A stretch of DNA of 64,000 bases, taken from the NCBI GenBank assembly GCA_000091205.1, contig AP006499.2; one strand, given 5' to 3'. Made by a program: the position numbers and the translations under genes. Below, piece by piece: positions 10,760 through 22,027 of this stretch. Each line of letters starts with the position of its first letter. The stretch's first letter is position 1. The notes beneath the pieces are model-generated. The model was not told where the DNA came from, ran no database searches, and saw only the letters and a program-made list of their open reading frames with translations. The DNA comes from Cyanidioschyzon merolae. Its lineage: Eukaryota.

Positions 10760-11014
10760 TCAACTGTTAGAAAGCCCTCAGACCAAGCGAACCGTAATAC
10801 CTCCGCGAACGTCACGTTTAGACGAACAGCGAAACAGAAATATCTAGACCTGTGCTCGTGATCACCAAATAACAACCGCCATCCGTCTCCGAGATTCGCA
10901 TGGAGTGGCCTCGCGCGCGCGTTTACCGCCTCGCTGCGAGCCGCCGCTGCGTGTATTTTTAGAGACAGTTAGGGAAGAAGATGTATAATATTGTGCCGAT
11001 GAGCTGTCCGCGGT

Positions 11015-11460
11015 GCATCGCGATCACTATGCCCATAAATGAATCTTTAGGCACGTATATGGAAGTATCTCTACTTCGTTGCCAGCATCCAAGGGTACCG
11101 GGCGCATCGCGATCATGATGCCCATAAACGAACCTTTAGGCACGTATATGGAAGTGTCTCTACTTCGTTGCCAGCATCCAAGGGTACCGGGCGCATCGCG
11201 ATCATGATGCCCATAAACGAACCTTTAGGCACGTATATGGAAGTATCTCTACTTTGTTGTCAGCATCCAAGCGTACCGGGCGCATCGCGATCATGATGCC
11301 CATAAATGAACCTTTAGGAACCTTTAGCCAAGTATCTCTACTTCGTTGTCGGCATCCAAGCGTACCGGGCGCATCGCGATCATGATGCCCATAAATGAAC
11401 CTTTAGGAACCTTTAGCGAAGTATCTCTACTTCGTTGTCAGCATCGAAAGGTGCCGGGCG
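11015..11460. repeat. Minisatellite: 89-bp unit x 5 in tandem
   Basis: The unit gcatcgcgatcatgatgcccataaacgaacctttaggcacgtatatggaagtatctctacttcgttgccagcatccaagggtaccgggc starts at 11015, 11104, 11193, 11282 and 11371, an exact 89 bp period. It accumulates point differences, and the last two units carry the internal variant cctttaggaacctttagc. It is intergenic, between the HAT protein and Rad9-like genes. Confidence 0.9.
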
Positions 11461-11881
11461 CTTTTCTCGTTTGGCGCGCATCTACGTGCGCTTTTGTCGA
11501 GAGCTGCGTGCACCAACGAACTGCGCACACCTGGTTGGTGTGCAGCTACGCTGCATGTTCCTCGGGGGCAAACTGTGAAGGCGTACCAACGTCAACGCAC
11601 TTGAGAGCAGGGCGTCTCGGTCTCAGTCTCCGAAGCGCACAGGCAAGCGTTTGCCGCTTCGAAGCAGCAGGGCGACGCTCGCTCGTGCCGCCCCAGCCGT
11701 GACGGCTTGTCGCTCGCACCGGACGGCTCGTGCGAATAGAGGCCGCCAGCTGCTACAGCACCCTCACTGTATTCCAAAATCTCGTTGTGTAGGTCTACAA
11801 TTCAGACGCTGAGACCGGTGCTGGTGGCGAGCAACGGTCTCAGAACCGTCACCACTTGCAAGCGACCCTGAGCATCCGACT

Positions 11882-13507
11882 GTGCGAGGCGGTACGATGG
11901 AATCCAGTTTCCGCGTGCGGTTGCCAAGCGCGTCCCATGTCCGTATTTTCGGAAGTGCACTCTCCTGTCTAGCCCGCTGCCAGACTGCGTATTCACTTCA
12001 GCGCTTTTCCGAAGCAGGCGCGAAGGATAATAGCGCTTTCGAAGGCATCTGGCTCGCGGCCTCTGCCTCAAGCCTAACTTTATCCATTCAGAATTTGGGA
12101 TGCGTTGCGGAAATCAGTTTCCCCCGCGCATTCTTCTCACGCGAGCAGGGCGGGCGTCTAGAAGCGCCTCCAGGTCGGACGCTCTCTGTCAGTGTCGACC
12201 CAGTATTATGGTGGCCGGTGTTCCGGCATGCCGTCGGGAGTGCGGGTGCTGCTGCAAATGTCGAGCGCCGACGCGCTCACCCTGGCACACCCTCGGGCCC
12301 AAAAGCGCCATCGAACGCTTCCGGCGGGGTACCGGTCGAGCAGCTAGAAATACGTGCAGATACGCGTGATCGTGAACTGGTGCTCGATGCAGTAGCCTCC
12401 GTTGGATATGCGTTGGGTCGCAAGGCCCGTCCTCCGGTTGGATTCCACGACAACCGACATTGGCGTTTCCAATTTCGTTTCCAAGCTCTGATGCGGTATC
12501 AGGCATTGTCGCTGAACGAGCGTTCAGCACCTGAACACTATCGCTGTCGCATGCGCTTCGCACCGCGCGTCTTCCTCGAAGCGCTCTCGAATATGCATCG
12601 TCGTGTTGTTCACCTACACTTCTATTTCGAGCAACATCAATTGCGTTTAGCGAGTGCGGTAACGGAACAGCTCGCGAGACACTATGGTGAGCGGCCAGAT
12701 TCGCGCATCGTGTCGCTGCATACCCAAGTGAAGATTGATGGCAGTGAGCTCGATGTGTACGAGGGCTTTGCGCAGTTCTTCCAGGAGGCAGGCACGAATC
12801 AGAACCTGGATGATGCCGAGAATCGATCGGCTTTCGAGACCAGCATTTCATCGGGCAGAACTGTTTTCGTTGTCCCGCTCCGTCCGTTCAAAGCTTGGCT
12901 GGAGCTCAGCCAGCGGCTTCAGTGCTCAGTGTGGATGCTATACGAGTCGGGTGGACAACTGATGCTGCGACTCGAGAAGGCACCTGCCACTGATTACGCG
13001 CAGCACCTGAGCGCCGCCACGGATGCACAGTCAGTTATGGGAGATACCTGGCCCGCAGACTTTACAGACGACTCTCAGCTCTTGTCATCCTTGCTTTCGG
13101 CAGACATGCAACTGAATATTCGAGGAAGCGCTAGTCTCACTAGTGCATTGTCATCGCTGGGGCAGGCACAGCATGGGACATGGCTCGTTGCTGCGAGTGC
13201 CAGAAATTCTAGCGCTGCATTGGAGCACACACAGAACCAGAACGACGCGAGTCGTGCGGCACTCATAGCAGCACCGTGCATCGCGAATGGGAGCGACCGC
13301 CTTCCATTCGGATCATCCTCCTTGTTGCACGTGGACGAGGCCGCCAGAGACATTCCGCAAGCAGCGCTCTTCGCTGATCATTCCCGAACCGCCAGCCCCG
13401 TCTTGAACTCTGGTGATAACACTGAATCTGATGACGAGAGCGAGCGTTCGGTTGGCGGCACCCCGCCGCCAGTAGCATCCTTTATCGCAGATGTCTGGCC
13501 TAGTTAG
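11882..13507 (+). CDS. Rad9-like checkpoint clamp (9-1-1) subunit candidate with a long disordered Ser/Ala-rich C-terminal tail
   Basis: 541 aa. The N-terminal region FRVRLPSASHVRIFGSALSCLARCQTAYSLQRFSEAG ... LTLSIQNLGCVAEISFPRAFF resembles the Rad9 N-terminal PCNA-like fold pattern ([21 protein letters not shown] ... AYACFLFAPLFF). The C-terminal third is low complexity, as expected for the Rad9 phosphorylated tail. I assigned this from memory, so it is weak. Confidence 0.35.
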   Translation: MRGGTMESSFRVRLPSASHVRIFGSALSCLARCQTAYSLQRFSEAGAKDNSAFEGIWLAASASSLTLSIQNLGCVAEISFPRAFFSREQGGRLEAPPGRTLSVSVDPVLWWPVFRHAVGSAGAAANVERRRAHPGTPSGPKAPSNASGGVPVEQLEIRADTRDRELVLDAVASVGYALGRKARPPVGFHDNRHWRFQFRFQALMRYQALSLNERSAPEHYRCRMRFAPRVFLEALSNMHRRVVHLHFYFEQHQLRLASAVTEQLARHYGERPDSRIVSLHTQVKIDGSELDVYEGFAQFFQEAGTNQNLDDAENRSAFETSISSGRTVFVVPLRPFKAWLELSQRLQCSVWMLYESGGQLMLRLEKAPATDYAQHLSAATDAQSVMGDTWPADFTDDSQLLSSLLSADMQLNIRGSASLTSALSSLGQAQHGTWLVAASARNSSAALEHTQNQNDASRAALIAAPCIANGSDRLPFGSSSLLHVDEAARDIPQAALFADHSRTASPVLNSGDNTESDDESERSVGGTPPPVASFIADVWPS

Positions 13508-13996
13508 ATGTTCAGCATAGCAGTTGCGTGGAAGCACCTCCGAGGCGAAGTGTCTAGCGGAAGCCCGACGCTCGCCGAGCGCACGACCTCAACGGTTTCG
13601 AGCCTGGGCACGGGTACGCACATCCCGATCCGTATTCCATTGGCGTGGCTGGTGCTCTGGAAAGGTCCCTGTTTCCAGCCGCCGCCTCGAACAAGCGTAG
13701 GCACGCCATCTGGGCCCTTGAGAGGCAGCAACTCGCGATACTGTATACACCGCGAACGTCGTTTGGCATCGTAAACGATTACGTTGAAGTCAAGTGAGTG
13801 CTGTTCACCTGTAACATTCATGTGATACACAAGCGGGATCCTATAAACGTCCCGGCACGCACACTTTTCTCTTCAACATGCACCGGTTTCGCTCTGCGTT
13901 CATAACCAGAATCTGAGAACAGCTACCTCAGCATTCCCTGAGTTGGACACTTTGTCTTCGCTCTGCGTTCATGTACACGATCTGAGAAAAGCTCCG

Positions 13997-14929
13997 TTAC
14001 AGCGGCGGTCGAGCTGGGTGCACTCGTGCACGCCTCGCATAGGAGGAGGCGGTTTGCACGCTACCATCTGCGGGTACCTGTTCTTCTTGTGGCTCCTTGT
14101 GCAGCGTTGATGCGATCAGCCCGAATGGTTTGATTTCTACGGCGACTTCGTCACCTTTTGGCATCTGGAACATGCGATAGAAGCCCCGCATGACGCCCAA
14201 AGGTGCCGCCAACACGCACTGACTCCGATACTCGTAGCTGTCACCGACTTGGAGGGTCGGCGTCTGGCCGACCACCCCGAGACCCCGCACCGTCTGTAGC
14301 TGACCCTCTAGGTCATTGATATCCCAGTGGCGTCCGAGGAGCAGCACGGGTGCAGGACCATGGTTCTCTATCCGTACAAAATACGTGAAATGGTACATAT
14401 CACGTAGACCATCCAGACCAACGCCACGTTGCTCGCGACCGAGAAACAACGAATCCACCTGAACCCGCACGCCTGCCGTCAAACAACTCGAGTGCGGTTC
14501 ATAGACTAAGCGCTTCAGCGCGACAACGCGCGATTGTAGCACTCTGAGCAATCCGAACCCAAGCTCCAGTTCTCTTTCACTCGGCTGCTGCTCTGTGAAG
14601 CTTCTTTCACGCACGGAGCGACGCAGCGCTGCAGCGAGCTGCCACGGGTCTCGCGGCGCCTTCCCGGGCACCACTCGTGCGAGTTCATTTAATGCGGGAC
14701 CCAGTGTTCCACAGAATATGCTCCATTCGCGGGCGTGGAACGCTGACGGGAGCACGCTCCTGCTGCTTTCTACTCGCGTCCACTCGCGAGCATAGTCGCG
14801 CAGCGAACGCTGCAAGGCTCTGTACAAAACGCTGGCCGTAGAACGCCTCGGGGAAGCGTTCCAAGTCGAACTTGCACTGTACGGGTGAGAGGGACAGCGA
14901 ATGCGCCCTGTGAGCAGCCGACTAGCCAT
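13997..14929 (-). CDS. ApaG (DUF525) domain protein with an N-terminal extension of about 150 aa
   Basis: The C-terminal 120 aa match the ApaG fold signature: YHFTYFVRIENHGPAPVLLLGRHWDINDLEGQLQTVRGLGVVGQTPTLQVGDSYEYRSQCVLAAPLGVMRGFYRMFQMPKGDEVAVEIKPFGL. The N-terminus is Arg/Ser-rich, like a presequence. Confidence 0.7.
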   Translation of the reverse strand: MASRLLTGRIRCPSHPYSASSTWNASPRRSTASVLYRALQRSLRDYAREWTRVESSRSVLPSAFHAREWSIFCGTLGPALNELARVVPGKAPRDPWQLAAALRRSVRERSFTEQQPSERELELGFGLLRVLQSRVVALKRLVYEPHSSCLTAGVRVQVDSLFLGREQRGVGLDGLRDMYHFTYFVRIENHGPAPVLLLGRHWDINDLEGQLQTVRGLGVVGQTPTLQVGDSYEYRSQCVLAAPLGVMRGFYRMFQMPKGDEVAVEIKPFGLIASTLHKEPQEEQVPADGSVQTASSYARRARVHPARPPL

Positions 14930-15229
14930 CCAGCAACGAAAGAGCCGTTACACGAGCTTTGACCTGCATCGGAACCGAGGTCGAATGAGCGGCGAGCGCG
15001 TAGGCGACAAGCTGCAGCCGCTTCGCCCTGGGCTCGTTCAGCTCTGCATTCATTCCGCAGTGTGCATGTGATAAGCCTTGATAGCATGTGGGTATTTGCT
15101 GCTCCTGTCAAGCAACCGAATCATATACAGTGGAATGGAACGATCGGGCATGAAACCTGGCGACTCTGCGGGATCCGGGTCGGTGCACTAGACCCGTGTT
15201 CGATGACAATGCCTCCCTGAACTGGGCGC

Positions 15230-16000
15230 TCGATTCCAACCGTTCGACTTTGGCCCAGGGTTTTCATACACAGAGTCTCGACATCCAAAGTGCAGCAATA
15301 AGCGCCGACGCATTCCTAGGTAGTGCCCGCATGCCCGATAGTCTTTTCGGGATGTCTGCTTCGAGTTGTTGCAGCACGAAGTTGTCTTGGCACCGGCATT
15401 GCGATCCTTCGCGACGTCCTCGAATAAGGGTTCGTGAAATCATCGATATCGCTATTGGATTTATACCTACAAGCCGCAATTTTATTCTTTTCCGGACATT
15501 TTGAAAACAGGAACGCTTCACGTTTTCGATTTTTTCTTCGAGGGAGCTCATGATGACGGGAATTCCCTCCGTTGGGCCGATGAGAAAGAATCTCGACGTC
15601 GTCTCGTGACGACTCATTCACAAGCTCATGCCGAAAGTTCACCGAAGATGGCACGTCAAATAATCGTTTCTATTCTATAGACGAGGCCCGACCTCTGAAA
15701 GAGATCCAGGTAACATTATTCGACGGAAACATGCTACGGCTGTCGGGATGCGCTCGCAGGGGCTCCCGTCTCTTCTGATTGCTTGGAAAAGGATTCTGGA
15801 CTCGGACTTGAGTCATCGCAGCGCTCGCTTCCGGTGGGGAGTGCGTTACCGCTTTGCACCAGGGGGGTTTGCTTAGACGGAAAGAAAATTTCTCGAGAAC
15901 ATTTCGAGCCTGGATTCCTCGTCCAGTACTGGATTCATCATGAACAACATTGCCGTCCGCAAATCCATCATCGAATGGAACAGCAGGCGCTCGTTTTTCC
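15230..16000 (+). repeat. Diverged copy of the ORF-bearing dispersed repeat family (blocks B, C-like, A, D and downstream homology)
   Basis: Block B is gacatccaaagtgcagcaata at 15270-15300 (LDIQSAAI). Block A is gacgactcattcacaagctcatgccgaaagttcaccgaa at 15610-15650 (DDSFTSSCRKFTE). Block D is ggactcggacttgagtcatcgcagcgctcgcttccgg at about 15795-15830. Beyond that, catgaacaacattgccgtccgcaaatccatcatcgaatggaac is homologous to the reverse complement of 27540-27590 in the full-length copy. Confidence 0.7.
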
Positions 16001-17009
16001 AGCGAACAGCGTCGTCGCTGACGGGATCGCTCATAACAAGCCCGTACTCTTTGGGGACGCCATCAGGTGCGAAAACGGTGCACGGTATCGTGCCCGGCAT
16101 TCTCGATTGGTCAAGTGCATATCCGTCGAGCGATGAACGAAGGCGTCTCGAGCCACAGTGCAGCCCATGGAGGAGAAGCTGAAGTGCTTGACATACGAGA
16201 ACACCCGAACCGGAGCCAGACGCCACCGTTGCAAATCGGATATCGACGCAGTATGCAAAATCAAGATGAAAATGGCAAGAGAAGCGCAGATCGCTTCTTC
16301 TCTCTGTGCATGATATGCGTTGACAACCGGCAAAAGGGCGAAATTGTGACGTGCACGCCACCATGAACCTCATTCGACTGCTGACAGAGGAGCTGGAGGC
16401 ACAGGAGAAACCAGCGTATTGAAAAACGTGCATCAGACAGAGGGAAACAAACCAGTCGCAAAAAAAGCTCGCAAAGACTGGTGTTCACGAAATCTGGAAG
16501 AGGCCCGACATTTATCGCATACAACCGAGGTAGCTGTCTGGGTCTCCATCCATTTCAGTTTGGAATGGGCGTTGTGCAATACCGCGAAACCTTGGAGTCA
16601 GCTGTACGCTCGAGAATATCGACTTTGACCTACCAGTGCATTTTTGCGAATGATGCTCATGCCCGCAGAGCGCTCTAGTCCGGGAAATGAACATGCAGTG
16701 CAGATGTCAAGACGCTCCCGGTCACGCAGCCGGTCATCGGCGGATCGTCGCCTCACGGACAATCCACCACTTCGGTGTACGAGTAGATGCAAAGTCGCCG
16801 CTGACAAAGTCCAAACATGTCGACGGATTCGAGGACGCCCTGCTGGATTGCTTGCGCTACACAGGGCCCGTACTCCCGGAGCGATCACATTCCTAGATAG
16901 TCAACCTATGTCTAGTTTCGTTGCCCCCGTCTTCGCCATCCACCACGATCCAGTCCTTTAGGGACAATAATGTACATAACTGATACCCCGCATTGCAGCA
17001 GCGCCTGCA

Positions 17010-20000
17010 GTGTTCCGGCGTCCTTCGAGACGCACTGCGCCTCCGAAGCCGCAGGTCGGACGCCTTTCCCGAAAAGCGTTCTTGTACGGCTCCATGATCG
17101 AGGCGACTGCCGTAGAGGTAGATCGTGAAGGGAATCATGGTCAGCGTAACCGGTGGCACCGCGTTCCAAAGCGCAGACGTCAAGCAGTTCCCGCTGCAGC
17201 GTTGAAGGAAAACGCCCAGCGCCGACAGGAGACCGCCGCGAAACGTGGCCTAGAGAGGCACGCCGAACGAGAGCGATATTTTGCCATTCTTGGATCACAG
17301 ATGCTTTCAAGCTCATTACGGGACCAGTTACTACCTTCGCAAGCACTTAGTGGACACAAACGACGACGCGCCGGTCCCGAGGTGGCTTCGCACCCGCACC
17401 CGCCTGAGCGAACGGAGGCCGAACGCGCGCCGACGCCCACGGCGACAGCTCCGAAGCACTTGTCGCAGGCACCGGTTCAGAAGCGATTTCGGTCGCGTCA
17501 GCACCAGACCCCGGCAGCCTTGGCGGCACGTATTGGCAGCGATCCAGAGCCTGGTACAGACACCCCGCCCGAGTGCTCAAAAGCAAATGCTCGTACGAGC
17601 GTTGTGGTGCGGTGTGAAAGTGGTCACCCAGTTTCTATGCCGGAACCCAAAGATACACAGAATCTCTGTGAAATGCCGTCACATGCCCATTCAGATGTCA
17701 TGGTGGACCGCACGGACGCTACACTGAATACACTGGCGGGTATTGCAGTGTGTAGCCCGTCGTCGGCGCTGTCCATCGACACGCGTCTTCAAACGTCTTG
17801 CGAAACAACACGCCGCGCGAGTAATGTATCATCATCATCATCATCATCGTTGATGCTAGCTCCATCCATAACAGACGTAGACAATGGGCGGACCACTGCA
17901 GAACAGACAAGTACTGGGAAACTGTCGCTCGCCTTGGTATCGCTTCCGAATCAAGGCGCATACTGTCAGCACCTGTACCAGCATCGGCAGGAAATGCTAG
18001 CCCCTGTACATCATGAAGACGACGATGGGTACGCCGCGGTGGTGCCGGTTGCCCACGGATTACCTGCTGCCGCGTACCGGCGGGATTCTGTCGCGGCGCC
18101 TGCACCTCGCTCCTTCTATGTGACACTGGAACGGACAGCAGACATCCAGACACGTCGAGCGTCTCTGCCCGTATTCGAATTGGAGCAGGAATTCATGGAG
18201 ATGGTCCGCGATCGCGATGTTGTCATCGTGGTCGGCCCAACAGGCTCTGGGAAAACAACCCAGATACCGCAGTTTCTTTACGAGGCTGGGTACGGGCATC
18301 CCGACGAGCGGCGCCGACCCGGTGGTTCAGTTGCAATTGTCCAGCCACGACGTCTGGCAGCAGTCTGGTGTGCAGAGCGCGTTGCCTCAGAGCTAGGAAC
18401 AGAAATTTTACGACAAACGCGAGAAGACGAGACGGGCGGCGTGAGGCAACCTGTCCAACTCGGCGTCCAGGTAGGATATCATGTTCGCCACGATCGAAAA
18501 GTCCATGACGAGCACACCCGGCTTGTTTTCGTTACCGACGGTATTTTGCTCCAACAGCTAGCGGAGGACATTGCTCTTCGACACTTTGGATGCGTTGTTC
18601 TCGACGAAGTACACGAAAGGAGCATCCAAATGGATTTGCTCCTGGGACTTCTCAGTCGAACGGTTCGCCTGCGACGTTCACCCGCCTGGCAATCAGCGTA
18701 TCCAAATATCGGACCTCTCAAGCTAATTATCATGTCTGCGACGGTTGATGCAGAATCCCTGGCGCGGCATCCTAGACTCTTTACGAGCGCGACATCAGCG
18801 ATGCTTGCGAAACTGCCCAGTGGTAGCGTACCGGAAATGCCGAGGTCGCCTGCGACACGCTCGGAGGCATTGCGGGTGTCATCATGCGCAATCAGCGATG
18901 TGCCTTCGGTATCGAGCGAGGCGACTCTGTGCTGCTTCGCGAAAGCTTCGGATGCGGGTGTGTCTTCACCTGATGCTGAGGCTCATCTGCTGCCAGCCGT
19001 CGCTCCACAGCATGCAGGCAGCGATGCGCTGGATACGCGTCATACGCAACCGGCGAGTGTTGCGGCACTGCAGGCACTACGCGCTGCAGCAGAAGCTGAT
19101 GCAGCCATAGCGGCAGGACGTTCCGCGGGCGACAAACCAGAAGCCGGCGCTGCTTCAGCGCCAGCAGTGCTGGTTGTTCCTGGACGTCAGTATCCTGTCA
19201 CCATCCACTTTGCTCGACAGACGCATCGTGACTACATCGCTGCTGCCTGCGAGAAATGTCTCAAAATTCACCAACGCTTACCTGCGGGCCATATTCTGGT
19301 GTTCCTCCCGGGTCGCCGGGCCATCGCACAGCTCTGTGCTTCCTTGCGAAAGGCGTGCCGAGGCACCTGCGAACGCCCACTTCATGTCAAACCTTTATAC
19401 GCGGGAATCTCCCGGGTCGCCCAGGAGGCGCTCGAGCACGCCGTTCACGGAACGGAGCGGGTGTGCATCGTCGCAACGAATGTTGCTGAAAGCGCCATCA
19501 CGATTCCCAACGTTCGCTACGTCGTAGACAGCGGACTCGTGCGGCGAGTCATGACCCATGCGTACAACAGCGAGGGCGTCTCGCTGCACCAAGTCACCTG
19601 GACAAGTCAAGCCTCTGCGCAACAGCGAGCTGGCAGAGCCGGACGCACCGCTCCCGGGCACTGTTATCGCCTCTATTCTGTCGCAACATTTGTGAACCTC
19701 TTTCCGGCAACGGATACTCCCGAAATCCAACGCATGCCGTTGGAATCGGTGCTGCTGTTTCTGAGCCGCCTCGGCATACGCCATCCATTGCGCTTTCCCT
19801 GGGTAACGACACCAGGAGCAGCCGCGCTGCGCAAAGCGCACTGGGTTCTCCGGGTGCTCGGAGCCGTCCAGGACGAGCGTGCTTCTCGCCACGTGACCAG
19901 TCCGTCGGTTGAAGAGCGCGCCTTGGCGGCACCGAGCGCTGCACCAGATGACCTGTCGCTGGAAGCGCCTACACCACTGGGGATCGCCATGGCCCGCGTA

Positions 20001-21617
20001 CCGGTATCGGCTCGGCTGGCAAGATTGCTTTTCTGGGTGCGTGACCACAGTCCAGACGCTATTCGGTACGGGATCCGCCTTGTTGCCCTTTTGAGTGTAC
20101 GTGAAATCATGAGCAGCGGCAGCGGCAGCGGCAGCGGCACGTTACCACTTGCGAACAAGGACTCATCAGAGAGTGCATCTGGGGGCCGTTATGCTTTTCG
20201 CCGAGCGCTCTATCATCCACAGAGCGAGCTGCTTACCAAACTTCGGTTCCTGGGTGCTGCTGAATACGCTTGGCGAGCGGAAGGCGGCTTCCGTGCACTC
20301 ACTCGATTTTGTGCATTGTACGGTCTGCAGGAATCCACTGTTCGAGAAGCGCTCCTCATCGTGCAACAGTTGGAGCGGCGCGCAGACCGCTTCCTGGGCA
20401 AGCAGTGCTTGGATGATCTCGCTCCTAATGGAACAGCAGAAACTCGACCAGAGGGATCCGAAACAGACGGTTGCAAGCGTCCGCAGGATGTGCGAGATCT
20501 CGCTGCAGGGTGCTTTTGTGGCAGCGAGCCGGACCCCATGATCGACGATGACGATACGGAAACAGAGGCGGACAACGACAACGACGACGGGATCCCGTTC
20601 CAGGATCCCAGTGTCCACGTATCCAAGGGGCAACGACGAGGTTTCGTTTGCCGCTGGGGCGATGAACCGCTGCGGCCTCCATCACCAGAACAGGAGCAGA
20701 CGCTTTGTCGTGCCCTGCTGGCGGCCTTCCCGGACCAGGTAGCGCGGCGAATGCATACAGAGGAGGCCAAGGATTGGCGGCAACAGCACTCTGGAGTGCG
20801 TACGAATGGAGTCCTTTTCCGCTGCCCGGTCTGGGAAACAAAGGATTGCGAGTCGGTCGAGGGAGTCGTGGCGCGTGTGTCACCGTGCTGCCCGGTGGAT
20901 GTCTCTGGTGATGAAGTTCAGTACCTCCTGTATACCGAAGTAACGCTCGAGGAGCTGGAACCTTCACCGGACCCGGCCACAAAGTCTCCTGCTACTGTGG
21001 CAACCCTGCGAGGCTCGACGCGTATCGAACCCGCCTGGTTAACGACGCTGAATCATCCGTGCTTGGTACGCTATGGAGACGTCGTTGCGGAACCTGCTCC
21101 AAAGTATGATGCAGAAGCGGATCAGGTGATGGCCTGGGTGCGCTGTCTCTACGGTCGAGAGGCCTGGACCTTGCCCCTCTGCTGGATGCCGCTTCCAGCG
21201 TTTACACAGGACCCCTTGGACGGGCAGATAGAGGATCAGCGGGAGCGCAGGATCTGTATCTTCGCCAGGGCACTACTAGAGCGACAAGTGCTACCGCGTC
21301 TTCCTCCGCCGGCTATTCAGCATGCATTACAACCGTCACCTGCTGTGCTCACCTGGGGTCTCGAGCACGGCGAACGGTCTACATCTGGGGATCGCCACTG
21401 TAACTTGGGGTATAGGCGGCATCGGGCGGCCGTTCTCCTGGTGACAGCTCTCAAGCGGTACGACATCACGAGCCGGCAGGCGTTGTTTCGGCAGTGGCGA
21501 CGCGACCCCTTCTACCTCCGCTATGAGTTTCTCTTATGGGTGCCAGCCGCACATCAGGGCATGATCCAGCAGCAGTGGACAACACTTACACAGCAAGATG
21601 CAGGTTGTTCGGTCTGA
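17010..21617 (+). CDS. DHX37: DEAH-box ATP-dependent RNA helicase, DHX37/Dhr1-like, with a long N-terminal extension and low-complexity inserts
   Basis: 1535 aa. Motifs seen: GPTGSGKTTQIPQFLYEAGYG; VLDEVHERS, a DEVH variant of DEAH; LLGLLSRTVRLRR ... LKLIIMSATVDAESLARHPRLF; KIHQRLPAGHILVFLPGRRAIAQLCASLRKA; VCIVATNVAESAITIPNVRYVVDSGLVRRVMTHAYNSEGVSLHQVTWTSQASAQQRAGRAGRTAPGHCYRLYS. These align closely with DHX37 as I remember it. There are poly-Ser (TCA)n, SGSGSGSG and acidic DDDDTETEADNDNDD inserts. Confidence 0.85.
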   Translation: MFRRPSRRTAPPKPQVGRLSRKAFLYGSMIEATAVEVDREGNHGQRNRWHRVPKRRRQAVPAAALKENAQRRQETAAKRGLERHAERERYFAILGSQMLSSSLRDQLLPSQALSGHKRRRAGPEVASHPHPPERTEAERAPTPTATAPKHLSQAPVQKRFRSRQHQTPAALAARIGSDPEPGTDTPPECSKANARTSVVVRCESGHPVSMPEPKDTQNLCEMPSHAHSDVMVDRTDATLNTLAGIAVCSPSSALSIDTRLQTSCETTRRASNVSSSSSSSLMLAPSITDVDNGRTTAEQTSTGKLSLALVSLPNQGAYCQHLYQHRQEMLAPVHHEDDDGYAAVVPVAHGLPAAAYRRDSVAAPAPRSFYVTLERTADIQTRRASLPVFELEQEFMEMVRDRDVVIVVGPTGSGKTTQIPQFLYEAGYGHPDERRRPGGSVAIVQPRRLAAVWCAERVASELGTEILRQTREDETGGVRQPVQLGVQVGYHVRHDRKVHDEHTRLVFVTDGILLQQLAEDIALRHFGCVVLDEVHERSIQMDLLLGLLSRTVRLRRSPAWQSAYPNIGPLKLIIMSATVDAESLARHPRLFTSATSAMLAKLPSGSVPEMPRSPATRSEALRVSSCAISDVPSVSSEATLCCFAKASDAGVSSPDAEAHLLPAVAPQHAGSDALDTRHTQPASVAALQALRAAAEADAAIAAGRSAGDKPEAGAASAPAVLVVPGRQYPVTIHFARQTHRDYIAAACEKCLKIHQRLPAGHILVFLPGRRAIAQLCASLRKACRGTCERPLHVKPLYAGISRVAQEALEHAVHGTERVCIVATNVAESAITIPNVRYVVDSGLVRRVMTHAYNSEGVSLHQVTWTSQASAQQRAGRAGRTAPGHCYRLYSVATFVNLFPATDTPEIQRMPLESVLLFLSRLGIRHPLRFPWVTTPGAAALRKAHWVLRVLGAVQDERASRHVTSPSVEERALAAPSAAPDDLSLEAPTPLGIAMARVPVSARLARLLFWVRDHSPDAIRYGIRLVALLSVREIMSSGSGSGSGTLPLANKDSSESASGGRYAFRRALYHPQSELLTKLRFLGAAEYAWRAEGGFRALTRFCALYGLQESTVREALLIVQQLERRADRFLGKQCLDDLAPNGTAETRPEGSETDGCKRPQDVRDLAAGCFCGSEPDPMIDDDDTETEADNDNDDGIPFQDPSVHVSKGQRRGFVCRWGDEPLRPPSPEQEQTLCRALLAAFPDQVARRMHTEEAKDWRQQHSGVRTNGVLFRCPVWETKDCESVEGVVARVSPCCPVDVSGDEVQYLLYTEVTLEELEPSPDPATKSPATVATLRGSTRIEPAWLTTLNHPCLVRYGDVVAEPAPKYDAEADQVMAWVRCLYGREAWTLPLCWMPLPAFTQDPLDGQIEDQRERRICIFARALLERQVLPRLPPPAIQHALQPSPAVLTWGLEHGERSTSGDRHCNLGYRRHRAAVLLVTALKRYDITSRQALFRQWRRDPFYLRYEFLLWVPAAHQGMIQQQWTTLTQQDAGCSV

Positions 21618-22027
21618 CGTCTCTAAAGCGAATACGCCTGCGATGGTGTGCGGATTCCTCGTTCCGTATTTGCTTTCGAATGAGCGCAGGAATCCCGTTC
21701 AAGTATTGTGCTACGTTTGCGCGTATTCCATCTACCGTTTCACAAGCAAGTGGTCAGGGCGTGGATTTTAGACTCCTCGATCGACAACGATTTGCAAGTG
21801 AGCGCGGTGATCTCGCGCTTACGCTGCAAAACTCTCTCAAGACGCCGAACATTGATCAGCTCGCGTTGATAATAGCATGCCCCTACCTCCACGACGAATA
21901 CGCAGTGTAGAACTCAGGATAATTTGGAACTCCCATGGGGTATCCTCGGAGCACCTCGGATACTGCCAAATGTGGTGCTCGGACGGTTCATGTTTGCGCG
22001 GACTACAACAACACCACGAACCGCTCG

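Noticed and set aside
11015-11460. CRISPR array interpretation of the tandem repeat arrays (also 49184-49744, 51823-52118 and 54418-54712)
   Set aside because: The units abut directly with no unique spacers, and unit lengths of 70-98 bp are far outside CRISPR repeat size. The context is eukaryotic. These are minisatellites.
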